A stretch of 64,000 bases of DNA from Eledone cirrhosa (GCA_964016885.1 OZ024743.1:282348001-282412000); one strand, 5' to 3'; shown: positions 10,883 through 24,486, counted from the first letter of the stretch. Numbers and translations: made by a program. The notes: generated from the sequence alone by a model not told the origin.

Positions 10883-12654
10883 GCTGTGTCCGGAATGATG
10901 CCGGTGTATTTAATGTATGAATGATCAAAAGAAGGAGGCCTGGAAATGTCATTATGAGAGACTGATGAATGTAGAGAACGAATGGGACAGAGAGGAATTA
11001 CTCCCAGTAGACCCGACAGAGGGACCAGCTATTGAGATTGACGAATATAGGGTACAAGAGGCAATTAAGGAAATGAAGAATGGTAAGGTTGCTGGGCCAT
11101 CGGGGATAGTTGGTGAGATGCTGAAGGCTTCAGGAGAAGTAGGCACTAAACTAGTTGCGCGCATCATCAATCAAGCTATTTATGGTGGTGTCATACCCAA
11201 AGACTCGTGCAGTAGTATTCTCATAAATTGTTACAAAGGTAAGGGGGATGCTCTAGAGAGGAGCTATTATAGGGGTATAAAGCTGATGGATCAGGTTATG
11301 AAAGTGGCAGAGAGAATATTAGCGCAACTGATTAGAGAAATAGTCAATTTAGATGAGATGCAGTTTGGTTTTGTGCCTTGAAAAAGTACAACAGATGCCC
11401 TCTTCATAGTGAGGCAACTACAAGAGAGATTCTTAGAGAAGAATAAGCCACTATACTTAGCCTTTGTTGACCTAGAGAAGGCTTTTGATAGGGTACCCCG
11501 ATATGTCATCTGGTGGTCTCTAAGGAAACTCGGGGTAGAGAAATGGTTTGTGAGGACAATGCAAGCTATGTACAGGGGTGCTGTCAGTAAAGTGAGAATA
11601 GAAATGGAGTTTAGTGAAGAATTCTAGATACAAGTAGGTGTACATCAAGGTTCTGTCCTCAACCCACTCTTGTGCATTATAGTCCTCCAAGCCATAACGG
11701 AGGAGTTTAAGACTGGATGCCCATGGGAACATCTTTATGCTGATGATCTGGTTCTTATAGCAGAATCAGTAAAGGAGCTAGAATCAGTAAAGTGGAAGAG
11801 AGGACAATACTCTGATTCCATCAGGGAAATGGCCATGTTCGATATGTAGGAAAGGAACTGGCATAAATTCCATAAAATGTACGCAATGCAGATCTTGGGT
11901 ACACAAGAGATGTAGTGGGATAGCAGGCAAATTAACAGGTAGGGAAAACTATGTATGCAGAAGATGTACAGAGAAAGTTGGCAGTAGTAATCGCAGTGAT
12001 AGACTCGTTTTTCCAATGCAGGTGGGTTGTATAGAAGTGGTTGATAGCTTCCGGTACCTAGGTGATCAGATTAGCATGGGAGGGGGGGGGGGGTTCCAAG
12101 GCCATAGTATCTAGAATAAGGACGGGTTGGAAGAAGTTTAGGGAGCTGCTCCCTCTGTTGACAAAGAAGGGTTTCTCCCTGCGTACGAAAGGACGGTTAT
12201 ATGATTCCTGTGTGAGATGTGCGATGCTGTATGGTAGTGAGGCATGGGCAGCAACTGCAGAAGATATGCGATGGCTGGAGAGAAATGAAGCAAGTATGCT
12301 CCGTTGGATGTGCAATGTCAATGTGCGTGAATGACCAAGCATAGACGAGTTGAGAAAGAAACTGGGTATAAGAGGGATAAGCTGTGGTGTGCATGAGAGA
12401 AGGCTGAGATGGTATGGACATGTGATGCGCATGGAGGATGACCGATGGGTGAAGAAGTGCCAGGAAGTCCCAGTGGAGGGAAGATGCAGTAGAGGTAGAC
12501 CACGAAAAACATGGGCAGAGGTGGTGAGAACAGACCTCAGATTGCTGAAACTCACGGAGAAAATGACGAAGGAACGTGACGGGTGGAGAGATGCTGTGCT
12601 GAATAGGACCCGTCCAAGCAGGGAAAAGCGGACGTAAAATGATGATGATGAGGA
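10883..12654 (+). mobile_element. RTE LINE family B, 5'-truncated and degenerate
   Basis: YRGIKL, QFGF, DLEKAFD, YADD, PHD-like Cys cluster, RRLRWYGHV; ORF ends REKRT* directly before the (GAT)n tail. Confidence 0.9.
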
Positions 12655-12868
12655 TATATTCAATTAGGTTTGTTCATTCTCGCACCACTGGATAAAACTG
12701 GTCATTCCATATAGTCAACCATGATGTAATATTAGGAAAAGCGCTCAACGTTACGCAACTCATCCATCTTCGTTTATGTTGAATCTTGTTGGTGGTGCAA
12801 GAACAGAATTAATTATTATTGAGTAAAATGACAAGAGGCTGGCCTCCTGTCATTTTGCTCAATAATAT
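12655..12868 (-). mobile_element. Terminal fragment of a probable Penelope-like non-autonomous element with an inverted end
   Basis: Reverse complement of 47225-47400; ends in the hairpin attattgagtaaaatgacaagaggc-tg-gcctcctgtcattttgctcaataat. Confidence 0.5.
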
Positions 12869-12870
12869 AT

Positions 12871-13355
12871 ATCATCATCATCATCATCATTTAACGTCTA
12901 TCTTCCATGCTAGCATGGGTTAGACAGGAGTTGTCCCACTTGAGGCAAGATTGGTCGGGTGACCGTGTCTCGCTCGTATAGGACTATCTGGCAGGTTTTC
13001 TATGGCTGGATGCCCTTCCTAACACCAACCACATTTACAGTGTGGACTGGGAGCTTTTTACCGTGTTACCTACATGACCACATTACAGCGTGGACTGTAT
13101 GTTTTTTTGTTGTGATACCTACTCGACCTCATTAGTTTGGACTGGATGTTGTGGTACCAACATAACTTTATAGAGAAAAGGTGGTGTTGCCGGGAGTGGG
13201 AGGATGGAGTAGAGTAGTGGGTTGGGGTGTATGTTTGGTTTGGAGGGGGCTACTGACTGTAGGTTAACTTTGCACATAGGGAAGGTGGGTCTTCTGTATT
13301 ACTGCGTGAAGCCAAATATGTCGATCCAGTGACATTGTCTTAGAGAGGTGCATGC
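12871..13355 (-). mobile_element. RTE family A 3' end
   Basis: Reverse complement of the 9030-9508 region (QKTHLPYVQS, 3' UTR, tail). Confidence 0.85.
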
Positions 13356-13394
13356 CGAAACTGAAGCATATAGACAATATGCCCCCCCCCCCCC

Positions 13395-13678
13395 CACCAC
13401 GCCCCACTGTAAAGTGATCGTGGAGGTGCCACAGCAAATAAGCACCTACCCCACACTGTAAAGTGGACGGGTTGGCACCATGGAAAAAAAGCACCCACCA
13501 CTCACTGTAAATGAGGTTGGTGTTGGGAAGGGCATCCAGCTGTAGAAATCAAGTCAGACTCAGTTCCTGTATGAGCAAGACAAGGTCAGCCGAATGGACA
13601 CTGCCCACAACAGGACAACCCATCTAACCCATGCTAGCATGGAAGAATGGGTGTAAAACAGTGATGATGATGATGATA
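13395..13678 (+). mobile_element. SINE family 1 body with A-type tail
   Basis: Subrepeats aaagcaccc...cactgtaaagtgg; ggaagggcatccagctgtagaaa; (GAT)n tail. Confidence 0.75.
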
Positions 13679-14735
13679 TATATACATAAATATTTATTGG
13701 TGCAGGCTAGACCATATGGTTAAGAGGTTCAGTTTGCAACTCCATGTGCATCAATGTCTGTATTAATGCAGTCTTCTCTCTTGCACTCTTGATTTGATTA
13801 CTCTTTTACCCATTTTTTTGTTTCAGATCATATGTACTCTGCCATTTATGCCCACTAATATTATACATCCATCAGAAAATACTTGCCTCATTTCTTCCCA
13901 GCCTTCGCACATCCTCCACATTCAATGCCTTCCATACATCACACTTTATACACAAGCATCACACAATCTAGCCGTCACTGGGAGTGAGAATTGATATAAA
14001 CAGAGATAATATCTCTATGGCCTTTTTTTCTATCCATTCTTACTCAGGCTACTCAGCTTTCAGAAAACCTACCTTCACTGCTAATGAGGTCACCTAAATA
14101 ACAGAAGCTATTAACTACTTCTAGGGAGCTTTCTGATCATTTGAAAGAATTTATTTCACAAGTGTCTATACTGCTTACTACTCCTGTGTGTCTACTACAT
14201 ATGAAATCTTTTCTCTCAATCAACCTGCCTCTGGTGCTACTCTACCTCTCTTGTGCACTAATAGTTTGCATTCGATACATTCTTAGCTACATTTTTTTTT
14301 TTTTTGCATGTGAAGCATGGTAACTGCCAGGACCTCAGTAGAAGCCTGTCTACTTTTCTATTGTTTGTTCTTTACTTTGAGACCCTTCGATTCTAGGCTT
14401 TGCGACCACATTTGGAATTTCTCAAATTTTTTAAAAATTCAGCCATGAGAACTAAGTCAGATAAGAGTTTCCACAAACAGTTGATTTTAAACCCTTTTTT
14501 TTATCATGTCCTGGAGAACTATAGTAAATAGAAAGAGTCTGAGAAACAAGTCTACTTCAATGCTAAATTTCTCACTAAACTCCTTGCTAACTCCCACCTT
14601 GATGGCATCTCTGTATATGGTTGCCACAGCTGAAACAAGCCATTCATCTATAACTAGTTTTCTTAGCCACCACTAGATTACAGACCATAATACCTGTAAA
14701 AAGTCTCTTCAGGTCAATGAATGCTAAATATAGAG

Positions 14736-16702
14736 CAGGGGTCTCAAACATGTGGCCCACAAACTACTTTTCTACAGCCCACAGCAGAACAATTTTTGTG
14801 ACTTGACTAATATTTTCCTAAAACTTGTTAATTTATCCCTCGTCCCTTCCATACTTTTGCAGCAGCAGCAGCATTAAGCTTGATCTGCCAACCTAATACA
14901 AATAGACAATGAATGTTAAGATCAGCTAGGGTCTGACCATGTTTCTTCCCAGGAAAAGATAGAATGTACTTTAATATTTCAGTCACTTTCACTTCAAGAT
15001 CAAAAGCTGAAAAGTAGAAATATGTATCTAGCTTTATATACATTTAAAAAACACTCTTAATAAGAATGTTAGTGAAATCTACTCAGCTAGTTTCAAAAAC
15101 CTATTATGGTGGAGGGGTGGCTGAAATTATAAAAACCTAACTCACACAACAGAGCATGAGGAAATCTTTTTGTTTCATAACATGAGATGGGGGTAGATTT
15201 GACAACTCATATTGGTGTGGCGGATGTACTTGAGATGACACAACAGAACATGAGGAAATTTGTTTTGTTGTAAGAAGAAATAAATATAACATCTCATATT
15301 GGTGTAGGGGAGATATACTTGAGATGACAGGCAACACAAACAAATAGAAAATCATAGAAATTGTTTGACAGTGGATTCTTAAATAAACAGAAATTTCGAA
15401 GAAGAAATATTTTTTTTAAATAAAACAAATATTGACGATATCAAAGAAAAGAAGTATTGCCGAAGAGAACCAAGGTTTTCAAGAAAAGTGAAGATATTAG
15501 TATTCTGGAACAGAAATAAAGGATAAAGTACCATGCTTGATAAGTCTGCATAATGTTGCTGCATGAGAAGAAAATAACATAGGGAAGTATTATGAAACTA
15601 CACACAGTGATCAGTATATCACATTAACTGGAAAGATAAAAGAAAAGGTAGAGCAGCTTAAGACAGCTCTTTCAAAGTAACAGCACTTATATTTTCAACC
15701 TGAACAAAACAAGTGAAAATGTCATAAGAGCAAATTTTGCTCCTTACAAAATGATTGAAAAATCCTCATGACCTTTCACTGAAAGTAATTTTATCAAAGA
15801 CTGTATTGTAAAATCTATCTTCTGTCCTAAAAAAAGGAAAATGTTTGAAAGCATTAGCTTGTCACCTGATACTATTGCCAGATATATCACCGATTTAGCA
15901 AGCAATTCATACCAACAACTGACTACCACAGCTCAAGATTTTGAAAAGTTTTCTATTGCACTTGATGAAAGTATTGCATGTACTGAAGAATTATTGGATT
16001 TACTATCTACGAAGAGAACAGTGATGGGATGAGATATATTTAGTAAACTAGAAATGTGTATTGAGCATGCAGGATTGAATTGGATGAAACTCGTATCAGA
16101 GGAAACAGATGGTGCACTGCAATGTGCTTTGAAAATGTGGGTTTAGTAGGCCTTCTTAAAGAAAAGCTCAACAGCCTACATGAGCCCATTACATTCTGCA
16201 TTCTTATGTAAAGTGTTAGGATGAAAGAAAAATGTCATCAGTTTTACTTTGACATGTAATTTTTTTAAATTTTAATTAAAAAAAAGTTTTTAGAATTTTT
16301 ATTGAAGATATTTGCTATTTCTTTAAATGTGTTAAAACTTTGAATTATTTTTTTGTTTTACCTGTTTAAATATTTATAATTTATTGCAATTTACACATGA
16401 AATAAAATAAAATGGAAAAAAAAACATCAAAAGTGAAAACAGAAAAAAAAAAGAATTTACCAAAAGTATAAATGGAATTAAGGAAAATTTAAAACAGAAA
16501 ACCTTGTCCCCATACATTTTGTACTAATTCCCATATCCCACTTACTATCACATGTATATTTTGATGAAAAAAAAAAAAAAATAGCAACTTATCAGCTGTA
16601 TTTCAGATTGGCATTACAGCTGGTGGAAATCAAGCCCCCACCCATCTTACTTTTGGCCCAATGTTTCTCTCCTTCAGAATGTAATGGCTCATTTGACCCC
16701 TA
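14736..16702 (+). mobile_element. hAT (Charlie/SPIN/GTF2IRD2-like) DNA transposon with degenerate transposase
   Basis: Left end CAGGGGTCTCAAAC, right end ..TGACCCCTA; TSD ATATAGAG/ATATAGTG; peptides PFTESNFIKDCI, ISLSPDTIARYI, FSIALDES, LVSEETDGA. Confidence 0.82.
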
Positions 16703-16719
16703 ATATAGTGGCTTGCTCT

Positions 16720-16921
16720 TATGAGGGTAGGCTGAAAAGTTCATAGTCTAACTATGAAGGATTGATACTAGAGCTGTGAAATCTTGCATGTATTAATTTC
16801 AACTCTTCTTATTAATAACTGCATTGTTTCTTTCCAGGGACAATATTGAAAAATATACCTCATTTGGTCATTCCATAAGAGTATCTTGGTCAGCCTTTGA
16901 ACTTTTCAGCCGACCCTTGTA
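16720..16921. mobile_element. Tc1/mariner-type MITE (same family as 1962-2162)
   Basis: TIRs, TA flanks and internal similarity to the first copy. Confidence 0.8.
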
Positions 16922-17104
16922 TTTAAGAATTCCTGTAGTTGTCTCATCAGGATGAGAGCATCAGTGGTACCTTATCCAGACACAAACCCATGTTACATCT
17001 TATCTAAGCCAATTCTCTTTTGAACCAGTTGTGCTGTAACTCTTTCTGTTACTTTCATATCTTGTGCTATTAATTTGATTCATTCTAGTTGATTCTTTCT
17101 AGAG

Positions 17105-17534
17105 CAGCGGTTCCCAACCTTTTATAATAAATTCCACCTTAATGATATAGCAAAACAGTATGGCCTCCCCCAAAAATTAAAATTTTTGATATAATTTTTT
17201 TATTTAGAAATAATTTCGGCATGTCTTTTTATTTCAATCAAATCCTTTTAAATTTATTATAAACCCTTTTTTTTAAATAAGTTTCTTTACTAAGTTTATT
17301 TACTAAAACATAAATTGTTATATCCAGATTTAAATAATTATCAAGTGAAGTAAAATCATAATTAGAAAAGGTAGAAAGTTGATAAAAAGTTGAATATAAA
17401 AATTTGAAGCAAGAAAAAGAAAAAATTATGTTAGGAAACTACTCTTCTTTTTTATGTATGAACTTTTGTGATTTTTAGTTAATTCCCATGGCTTTCCCAA
17501 TAACTTGCTATGGCCCACTGGTTGGGAACCAATG
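17105..17534. mobile_element. hAT-type MITE
   Basis: TIRs CAGCGGTTCCCAACC / GGTTGGGAACCAATG; perfect 8-bp TSD TTCTAGAG (17097-17104, 17535-17542). Confidence 0.88.
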
Positions 17535-18854
17535 TTCTAGAGCATCTCCTTTGCTTTTGTAAAGTTGATGATGATAGAGTTATGCCAGTTATTGGGTGTG
17601 GCACCTCCCTATACAGCCTGATTGACTATATGAGTGACTATCATATGTCCTACTTCATAAAATATTTTCAACATCTCAGTTACTATTCCTGATGGTTCAG
17701 CTGCTTTCCTTGTCTTTATATCTGTAATTAGGTTCACATTGCTTACCAACACACACAAACACAAACAGTTATGCCTGTGTGTTATATATATGTGTGTGTG
17801 TGTGTATGTGTAGACATACACATAAATACTAGCACAGGCATTTAGATACCTACATACACACACACATTGCACACACTCATGTTCATACAACACACACAAG
17901 AAACAGTGCATGATTTCAAGCTCCACTAGTGCTATAGTATTATATGTCTAAGTAAAATACACTTGAATTCACTGGCTTCAATCAACTTGATTGGAAATAG
18001 TTATGGCTGCTGCTTCTTATTTCCAGTTAAGTAGCTAGCATCACTAAATAACTGCTCTGATAATTCATACATTTACTTGCACACCATCAAGCACATTGTT
18101 TGTTTTTAAGTCCTGCTTTAGTACCATTATACCAAACCACAGGATGATATATGAGACAATGAAAGAAACAACAATGCTGACATTTGACCTGTTAGATATA
18201 GCAGCCAGATTTTTCTCATATTACTCCCTATCGTCTTAAAACAGGGAAGGAAAAAGCAATATAGTTTATATGAAGCATTGTAAAATATGTGAGTATGATT
18301 GTTTTAAGAAAGCCAGTACAATGTATGAGTGAAAACTAGAGTAGAAGCAGTTCTAGATATGCACTAAAATCACACCTTACCATTAGATAATATGGTATTA
18401 GATACTTCCAAAAAAGACATGATGGTCATTGCTGGAATGTATTTAATCATAGGTTTGTTTGATCAATGTTGACTTAATGCTAAATAACAATAATGTCTTT
18501 CTGAAGATACAGATTGTATTTCAGAAATAAATAAAAAATTCATTAGCTTTCAACAAATTCTGATTTCTATATGAATTACATCAGAACCATCATAGAATAT
18601 ATCTTCCATATCTGGCAAGATATATATCTAGCAATATATGGCAATATCTTGTAGATCATTTACAAGAAATAGCTAGCCAACTCTTAAGAATACTCTCCAT
18701 CATAAACTAAACTCAATCTAACATTGATTAATGCTTTTCTAGCTTGTTTAGTGATACTAAAATGACCACTAAGCTAATTAACAGTAGCCTTAATATAGCA
18801 TGATTTATAGTAAAGACATATATGAATGCATATATACAATATTTTTATGTATAA

Positions 18855-19462
18855 CTAGCAGAATGGCCCGGCATTGCTCGGGATTTGCTCTAGGGTTCTT
18901 ATATATTTGATATATATTTATCCTTATCGAGCCACGTGAAATAAATACGTTTGTTTATATTTTGTTATTGTGTATGCAAAAATATCTGTACACGAATATA
19001 TAATTATATATATATCTATATATTAAAATAACAGATTAAAGTTTAAGCAAAAAATCGCTGCTTTCACCCTTAACGGGATCTTCTGAAACTAAAAAAATCA
19101 ATTTGTGAACACAGAAGTAAATATTTCAAAAAACGTTACACACTATATATATACACACACTATATATACATATATACACACACAGATAGCGACGTCATAA
19201 TGTCGTAATGCAGACATACAGACATAGAGACAGATATTATAAGGGTGCAACATTATATCTATGTATCTATCTAAAAAGAAAGACTAAGAATTATAGAGAG
19301 AGATCGCTAAATCGCCTAATGCAGTCCCTAGGGCATAGAAAATTTGAAAACACTCACAGGACCATAAGTATTATATGTGTAAAGTTTGAAAACAATCGGT
19401 TGGGTGGTTCTCGAGTTTTAGGGAGTCAGACAGATAGACATTCTCTGTTTTACATATATAGA
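18855..19462 (-). mobile_element. Non-autonomous Helitron
   Basis: Minus strand starts A|TCTATATATGTAAAA with a (CTGT)-like stretch and ends with the hairpin CCCGAGCAATGCCGGG then CTAG|T; no TSD. Confidence 0.8.
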
Positions 19463-20364
19463 TAAACATACATAAGACTCAATATGTACATTTTAAGCTG
19501 TCATCCTATCTCAGCTACCTCAGTAAACGTTATGAATGTTTATGATGCATAAACATATTGTATATGTTTCATATATGCCTCTATTAAACTAATTGTTCCA
19601 CATCTGGATGCCAATATTTCCCCGGGACCATTGTGATTACTTAACAGTATTATGAATGAAGTCTTTCCTGAGAAATGTTGATTTTATTGTTACCTCTTTG
19701 GAAGATTCTATGTTAGTGTTTTCTATAGAATTGTGTATCTCACTCCTCTGAGTAGGGAATAACACAGTATATGATGTGTAGATCAAAGGAAGTGCGAAAC
19801 CAAAAATATCAAGAAATTACTTTACTAAGCATTTACCAAGATAACATTACTAAATCATTTCATATTAGAACAAAAAAAAAAACAACTCTAAATTAATAAA
19901 AATGAACATGTATAACGCATTGACAAGCTTTGAACTTAAACCACAGGCAGCACTTTAAACTACACAGTCACCTAACTTCTAAGATAACATATACAATATT
20001 AAATAGACTATAAAATGATATTTCCCTCTTGAGAAATACCTAAATTATCAATCAGTTCTCAGAAGACAGCTGACATTGTAATGTGTGCTAAATCAAGCTG
20101 AGAAATATAAAACTAGCATATGAACTACTTAGATGTATTGGTAATTGTAGCTTAGACTGATACTGACATTGTTAAATGGAAGTTCTTTGAATGTGCGGAG
20201 TTCTCTAAATATATTTAAAGTCAGTCATTTAGAAAAGAATATATTGGATAGTAATAAAGTATTAGTCCTACATTGGTATCCTACATGGTTTACATCTGAA
20301 TGTAATCAATAAACACCAGTTAAGAACCTTTTTTACATATCTAATAGTGGTACCCCAACATGGC

Positions 20365-20680
20365 CCATGGCTAGAACACGTAAAAGAGTAAAAGAGATCT
20401 GTTTGGAAACTGAAATAAGATGGAAAGATTTAAAAGACAACAAAAAAATCAAAACAAAAACTACTTTGTGCTCTAATAATTTACATTGGTTACATTGTAC
20501 AGAATTCCTACCAACCCTTTTTCTGCATATCACACATGGCTTCTGCCAAGAAGACAATAGAAGCTGTCTTTGCTAAGTTGACTTTGAGGCCACTTGATTC
20601 TAAGCTTTGCTTCTACATTTGGAATTTCTTCTCTAAATCTTCAACAGATTCAACTATGAGGACTAAGTCATCACAAGCAA
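20365..20680 (-). mobile_element. Old RTE fragment including the Cys/His finger
   Basis: DDLVLIVES..., PCVICRKRVGRNSVQCNQCKLLEHK. Confidence 0.7.
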
Positions 20681-20886
20681 GTGTTAACACCTTTAATTTT
20701 ATTTTATACTAGTGAACTCATACCATCAATAATGATGAAAATAGCATTGAATAAGTCCAGGATTGATGAGCTATACATTCCAAGATTACTAGATATATTA
20801 ATTCAAAAATTTGCACTTTTATGGTTTGCACAAGAGAAACTCGACAGCTTAAGTTAGTTACTGACACATGGTAGTGATTAAATTAT

Positions 20887-21605
20887 TGTAAGAAGCAAAG
20901 GGATCGACTTTAACATTTCCACTCATGTCCAGACTGAATCTCTGTGTGTGATGCTCATCTGTTTTGTGTCTGGCCAGAGAACATAGCAAAACACACACTC
21001 ATTTACACCAAACATCACAGTACATCCACACTCTGCTGCTTCACATGGACTAAGAGAGAGACCCGACCTGCACTTCCGATATGATGTCACTGGCCCCTCA
21101 TTTCCAGCAAGACCTCCCCTGCACTTTTGGCTCCCTAGCCCCACATGTCTCCTGAACTCAAGGAGCAATCACCCCATATTGTCATTTATCCTGGTCCGCA
21201 ATCGACCATCAAGAGATATGTCCCCTGTTGGTAGTGTAACACATCCACTGACAATCGCTTCCTGTTGTGCTTCAATAGGATGTTACCCATCTTGGGCATT
21301 GCATGCTCTGGGTAGGATTAATAGATTGACATCTGTCACAACTCCCGACCACTTTCTGGACACTTTATCTTGTATTGTTGGAATCGACTTTCCTGGCTAG
21401 AAATAGGGTCCTATTCACTCCTATATGATGTATTGTATGCAAGCTCCTCAACACCGAGTCACTCAGCCGACACACTGCAGCTATTCCCTTTTCTATATCC
21501 TTTCTTCCCCCTGGTTAAGATATCTGCCTTATTGTTCTCTGTGAGCACAGAGACCACACTCAACTTCAGGCTTAACTCAGCAGCCAGCTCTCCCAGAGTT
21601 TCCAG
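20887..21605 (-). mobile_element. Gypsy LTR retrotransposon remnant (RNase H end, integrase N-terminus, putative 3' LTR at 20887-21145)
   Basis: NKADILTR; HTIHHIGVNRTLFLARK...CDRCQSI (HHCC); RLSVDVLHY..YLLMVDCGPG; putative LTR TG...TACA after a purine-rich stretch. Confidence 0.72.
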
Positions 21606-21648
21606 GTGCTCATTGCTTGACGATCTGAAACAGTTAAAAATATAAATA

Positions 21649-22532
21649 TACGAGGTGTGTCAAAAAAGTTCCAGGACTGATGTCACAAAAGATTTATTTC
21701 AAACCCAAACTTCACACTAAGAGATTTCTCCTTCAAAATAATCCCTCTGGAGTATGTAACTGTAATCTTAGCTCTTTGCAGCGATCAAACTTTTTTCTTC
21801 ATAATTTTATATACATGTCCTCTGTTTCAGGTCGTCAAGCAATGAGCACAGAGCAACGAACAAACTTGAAAACTCCGTCAGAAGCACTGAGATTGCTGCA
21901 GCAAGTGTATGGAGATGAGACGATGTCAAGCTCTAGTGTTTTTGAGTGGTGCAAGAGGTTTAAAGAAGGACGTGAGGACGTGGAAGATGACCCCAGGAGC
22001 GGAAGGCCCTCACCAACCAGGACTGAGGTCAACATTGAGCGCGTCAGGCAGATGGTGCGTAGCGATCGTTGGCTGACTGCTTGACTGATGGCAAATGAGC
22101 TGGGCATGAATCGGGACAGTGACTGGAAGATTCTCACTGAAGATTTGGACATGTGGAAAGTCTGCGCGAAGATGGTGCCAAAACTGCTGAACGACGCATG
22201 CAAGTGTGCCAGGACATCCTCGAGCGTCTTGAAACCGAACCAAACTTGCTAGGGACAGTCATCACCAGTGATGAGTCATAGATCTTCGAGTACGACCCGG
22301 AGGGGACCCGTTTTGAAGACGTGAACGACATAAAAAAGGCTGTGACGATGGAACTGCGGAGGATCCCAGAAGAATCCTTCCAGGAGTGCATACAAGCGTG
22401 GCAGAAAAGGATGGAAAAGTGCATTAGACTCCAGGGGGATTACTTTGAAGGAGAAAACTCTTAGTGTGAAGTTTGGGTTTGAAATAAATCTTTTGTGACA
22501 TCAGTCCTGGAACTTTTCTGACACACCTCGTA
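21649..22532 (+). mobile_element. Mariner transposon, internally deleted
   Basis: TA flanks; ~100-bp TIRs; HTH VFEWCKRFKEGREDVEDDPRSGRP, AKMVPKLL, ITSDES then a jump to the C-terminus GDYFEGENS*; most of the DD34D core is missing. Confidence 0.92.
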
Positions 22533-22535
22533 TAT

Positions 22536-24486
22536 CAGAGGATAGAAAGTTCAAGCATGTTCTACAACGTGAGGACCAAAAACATGAGGTGTTCAGAATT
22601 GCTAGACAATGTGTCAAGGAAAACCATGATATTGTCGGGGAGAAGTGTGTCCGAAATGATAACGGTGTACTTGCCCTCACTGATACTGATAAGAAGATAG
22701 CTTGGATGTGTCACTACGAGAGACTATTAAATGAGGAGAATAAATGGGAAAAAGATAGTCTGCTCCAAATCAATCCAATAGAAGGACCAGCGGTGCAAGT
22801 TAAAGGCAGTATAATAAGTAAGGTAATCAAAGATATGAAGACAGGCAAGGCAGCTGGGCCTTTGGAGATAGTTGCTGAGATGTTGAAGGCATCTGGAATG
22901 GTGGGACACACTATGGTTACCTGTATAGTTAACCAAGTAATACAGAATGGGGTCATACCAAAAGACTGGCGTAGCAGCATCATCATTAACTGCTACAACG
23001 TTAAAGGGGATGCTCTAGATAGGGGAAACTATAGAGGCATTAAGTTAGATGACCAGGTCATGAAGGTCACAGAAAGAGTTATAGCAGAACTAATCAGAGA
23101 GCGAATTGATCTAGATGAAATACAGTTTGGGTTTGTGTCAGGTAAAAGTACCACAGATGCTCTTTTCCTTGTACAACAACTACAGGAGAAGTACCTAGCT
23201 AAAAGTAAACCCCTCTACTTAGCTTTTGTAGACCTGGAGAAAGCCTTTGACAGGCTCTTAGAAAACTAGGTGAATGGCTTGTGAGAGCTATACAAGCTAT
23301 GTATAAAGAAACAGTCAGTAAGGTTAGAATTAACAATGAATATTGTGAAGAATTTAGTGTAAAATTTGGTGTTCATCAAGGCTCCGTCCTTAGCCCCTTC
23401 CTAGTTATTAATGCCCTTCAGGCTATAACAGAGGAGTTTAAGACCGGCTGCCCATGGGAACTCCTATACGCAGATGATCTAACTCTCATAAATGAATCTA
23501 TGGCTGAACTAGAGAAGAAATTCCAAACATGGAAGAATGGCCTAGAATCAAAAGGACTTAAAATTAACTTGTCTAAGACTAAAGTTCTAGTTCGTAGAAA
23601 GGAAAATAGGGCACAGGTAACCTCAGGGAAATGGCCATGCTCAGTGTGTAGGAAAGGAGTAGGCAGAAATTCTATTTTATGTCCCAAAAGCAAAGTATGG
23701 GTACATAAAAGATGTAGTGGGATCACAGGTAAACTATCTAAGAACATAGATTTTATATGTGGCCGATACTCAGGTGCAATAAGGAGCAGGATACTATCTC
23801 CTTCTATTGCCCAGATGGTTCTATAGAAATAGAGGATGCTTTCCGTTACCTGGCTGACAAAATCAGTAAGTACTTTGGAGGGTGTTCTGAAAGTACAGTA
23901 ACCAGAGTCAGAACGGGATGAAAAAAGTTCAGAGAGTTTACACCGCTGTTGGCCACAAAAGGTTTCTCTCTAAAAATGAAAGGCAGATTGTATGATGCCT
24001 GTATACGAACAGCAATGCTACATGGCAGTGAATCATGGGCATTGCGTGGGCATTGCCTATGTACAAAGTGAAAGCTACAGTCAGTAGGCACCTCTTAACC
24101 AAATATACACCCCAATCCACTACTCCTATCCTATCCTCCCACAGCCACTAACACCACCCTCTCTCTTTAAAGTTGGTACCACAACATCCAGTCTAAATAA
24201 ATGAGATAATGAGATCAAGATCGAGATCGGGTACAGTCACGACAAAAAAAACACACAGTCCACGCTGTAATGTGGTCGTGTAGGTAACATGGTAAAAAGT
24301 TCCCAGTTCCACACTGTAAATGTGGTTGGTGTTAGGAAGGGCATCCAGCCATAGAAAACCTGACAGATAGTCCTATATGAGCAAGACACGGTCACCCGAC
24401 CAACCTTGCCTCTAGTGGGACAACTTCCATCTAACCCATGCTAGCATGGAAGATGGACGTTAAACGAAAATGGTGATGATGATGAT
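22536..24486 (+). mobile_element. RTE family A, 5'-truncated, with an internal deletion near the C-terminus
   Basis: Closely similar to 7220-9508; YADD, PHD-like cluster, same 3' UTR and (GAT)n tail. Confidence 0.92.

Larger units (their letters stand above)
13740..17740 (-). mobile_element. Old RTE LINE carrying three nested DNA transposons
   Basis: RT motifs rejoin across the inserts: KAAEPSGIV, GDALE, TTDALILMRQLQE, PLYLAFIDL, Cys cluster, FCYLGD. Confidence 0.75.

Noticed and set aside
15440-16200. Host GTF2IRD2-like gene
   Set aside because: Stops and frameshifts, and it is bounded by hAT termini and a TSD; it is a transposon fossil.
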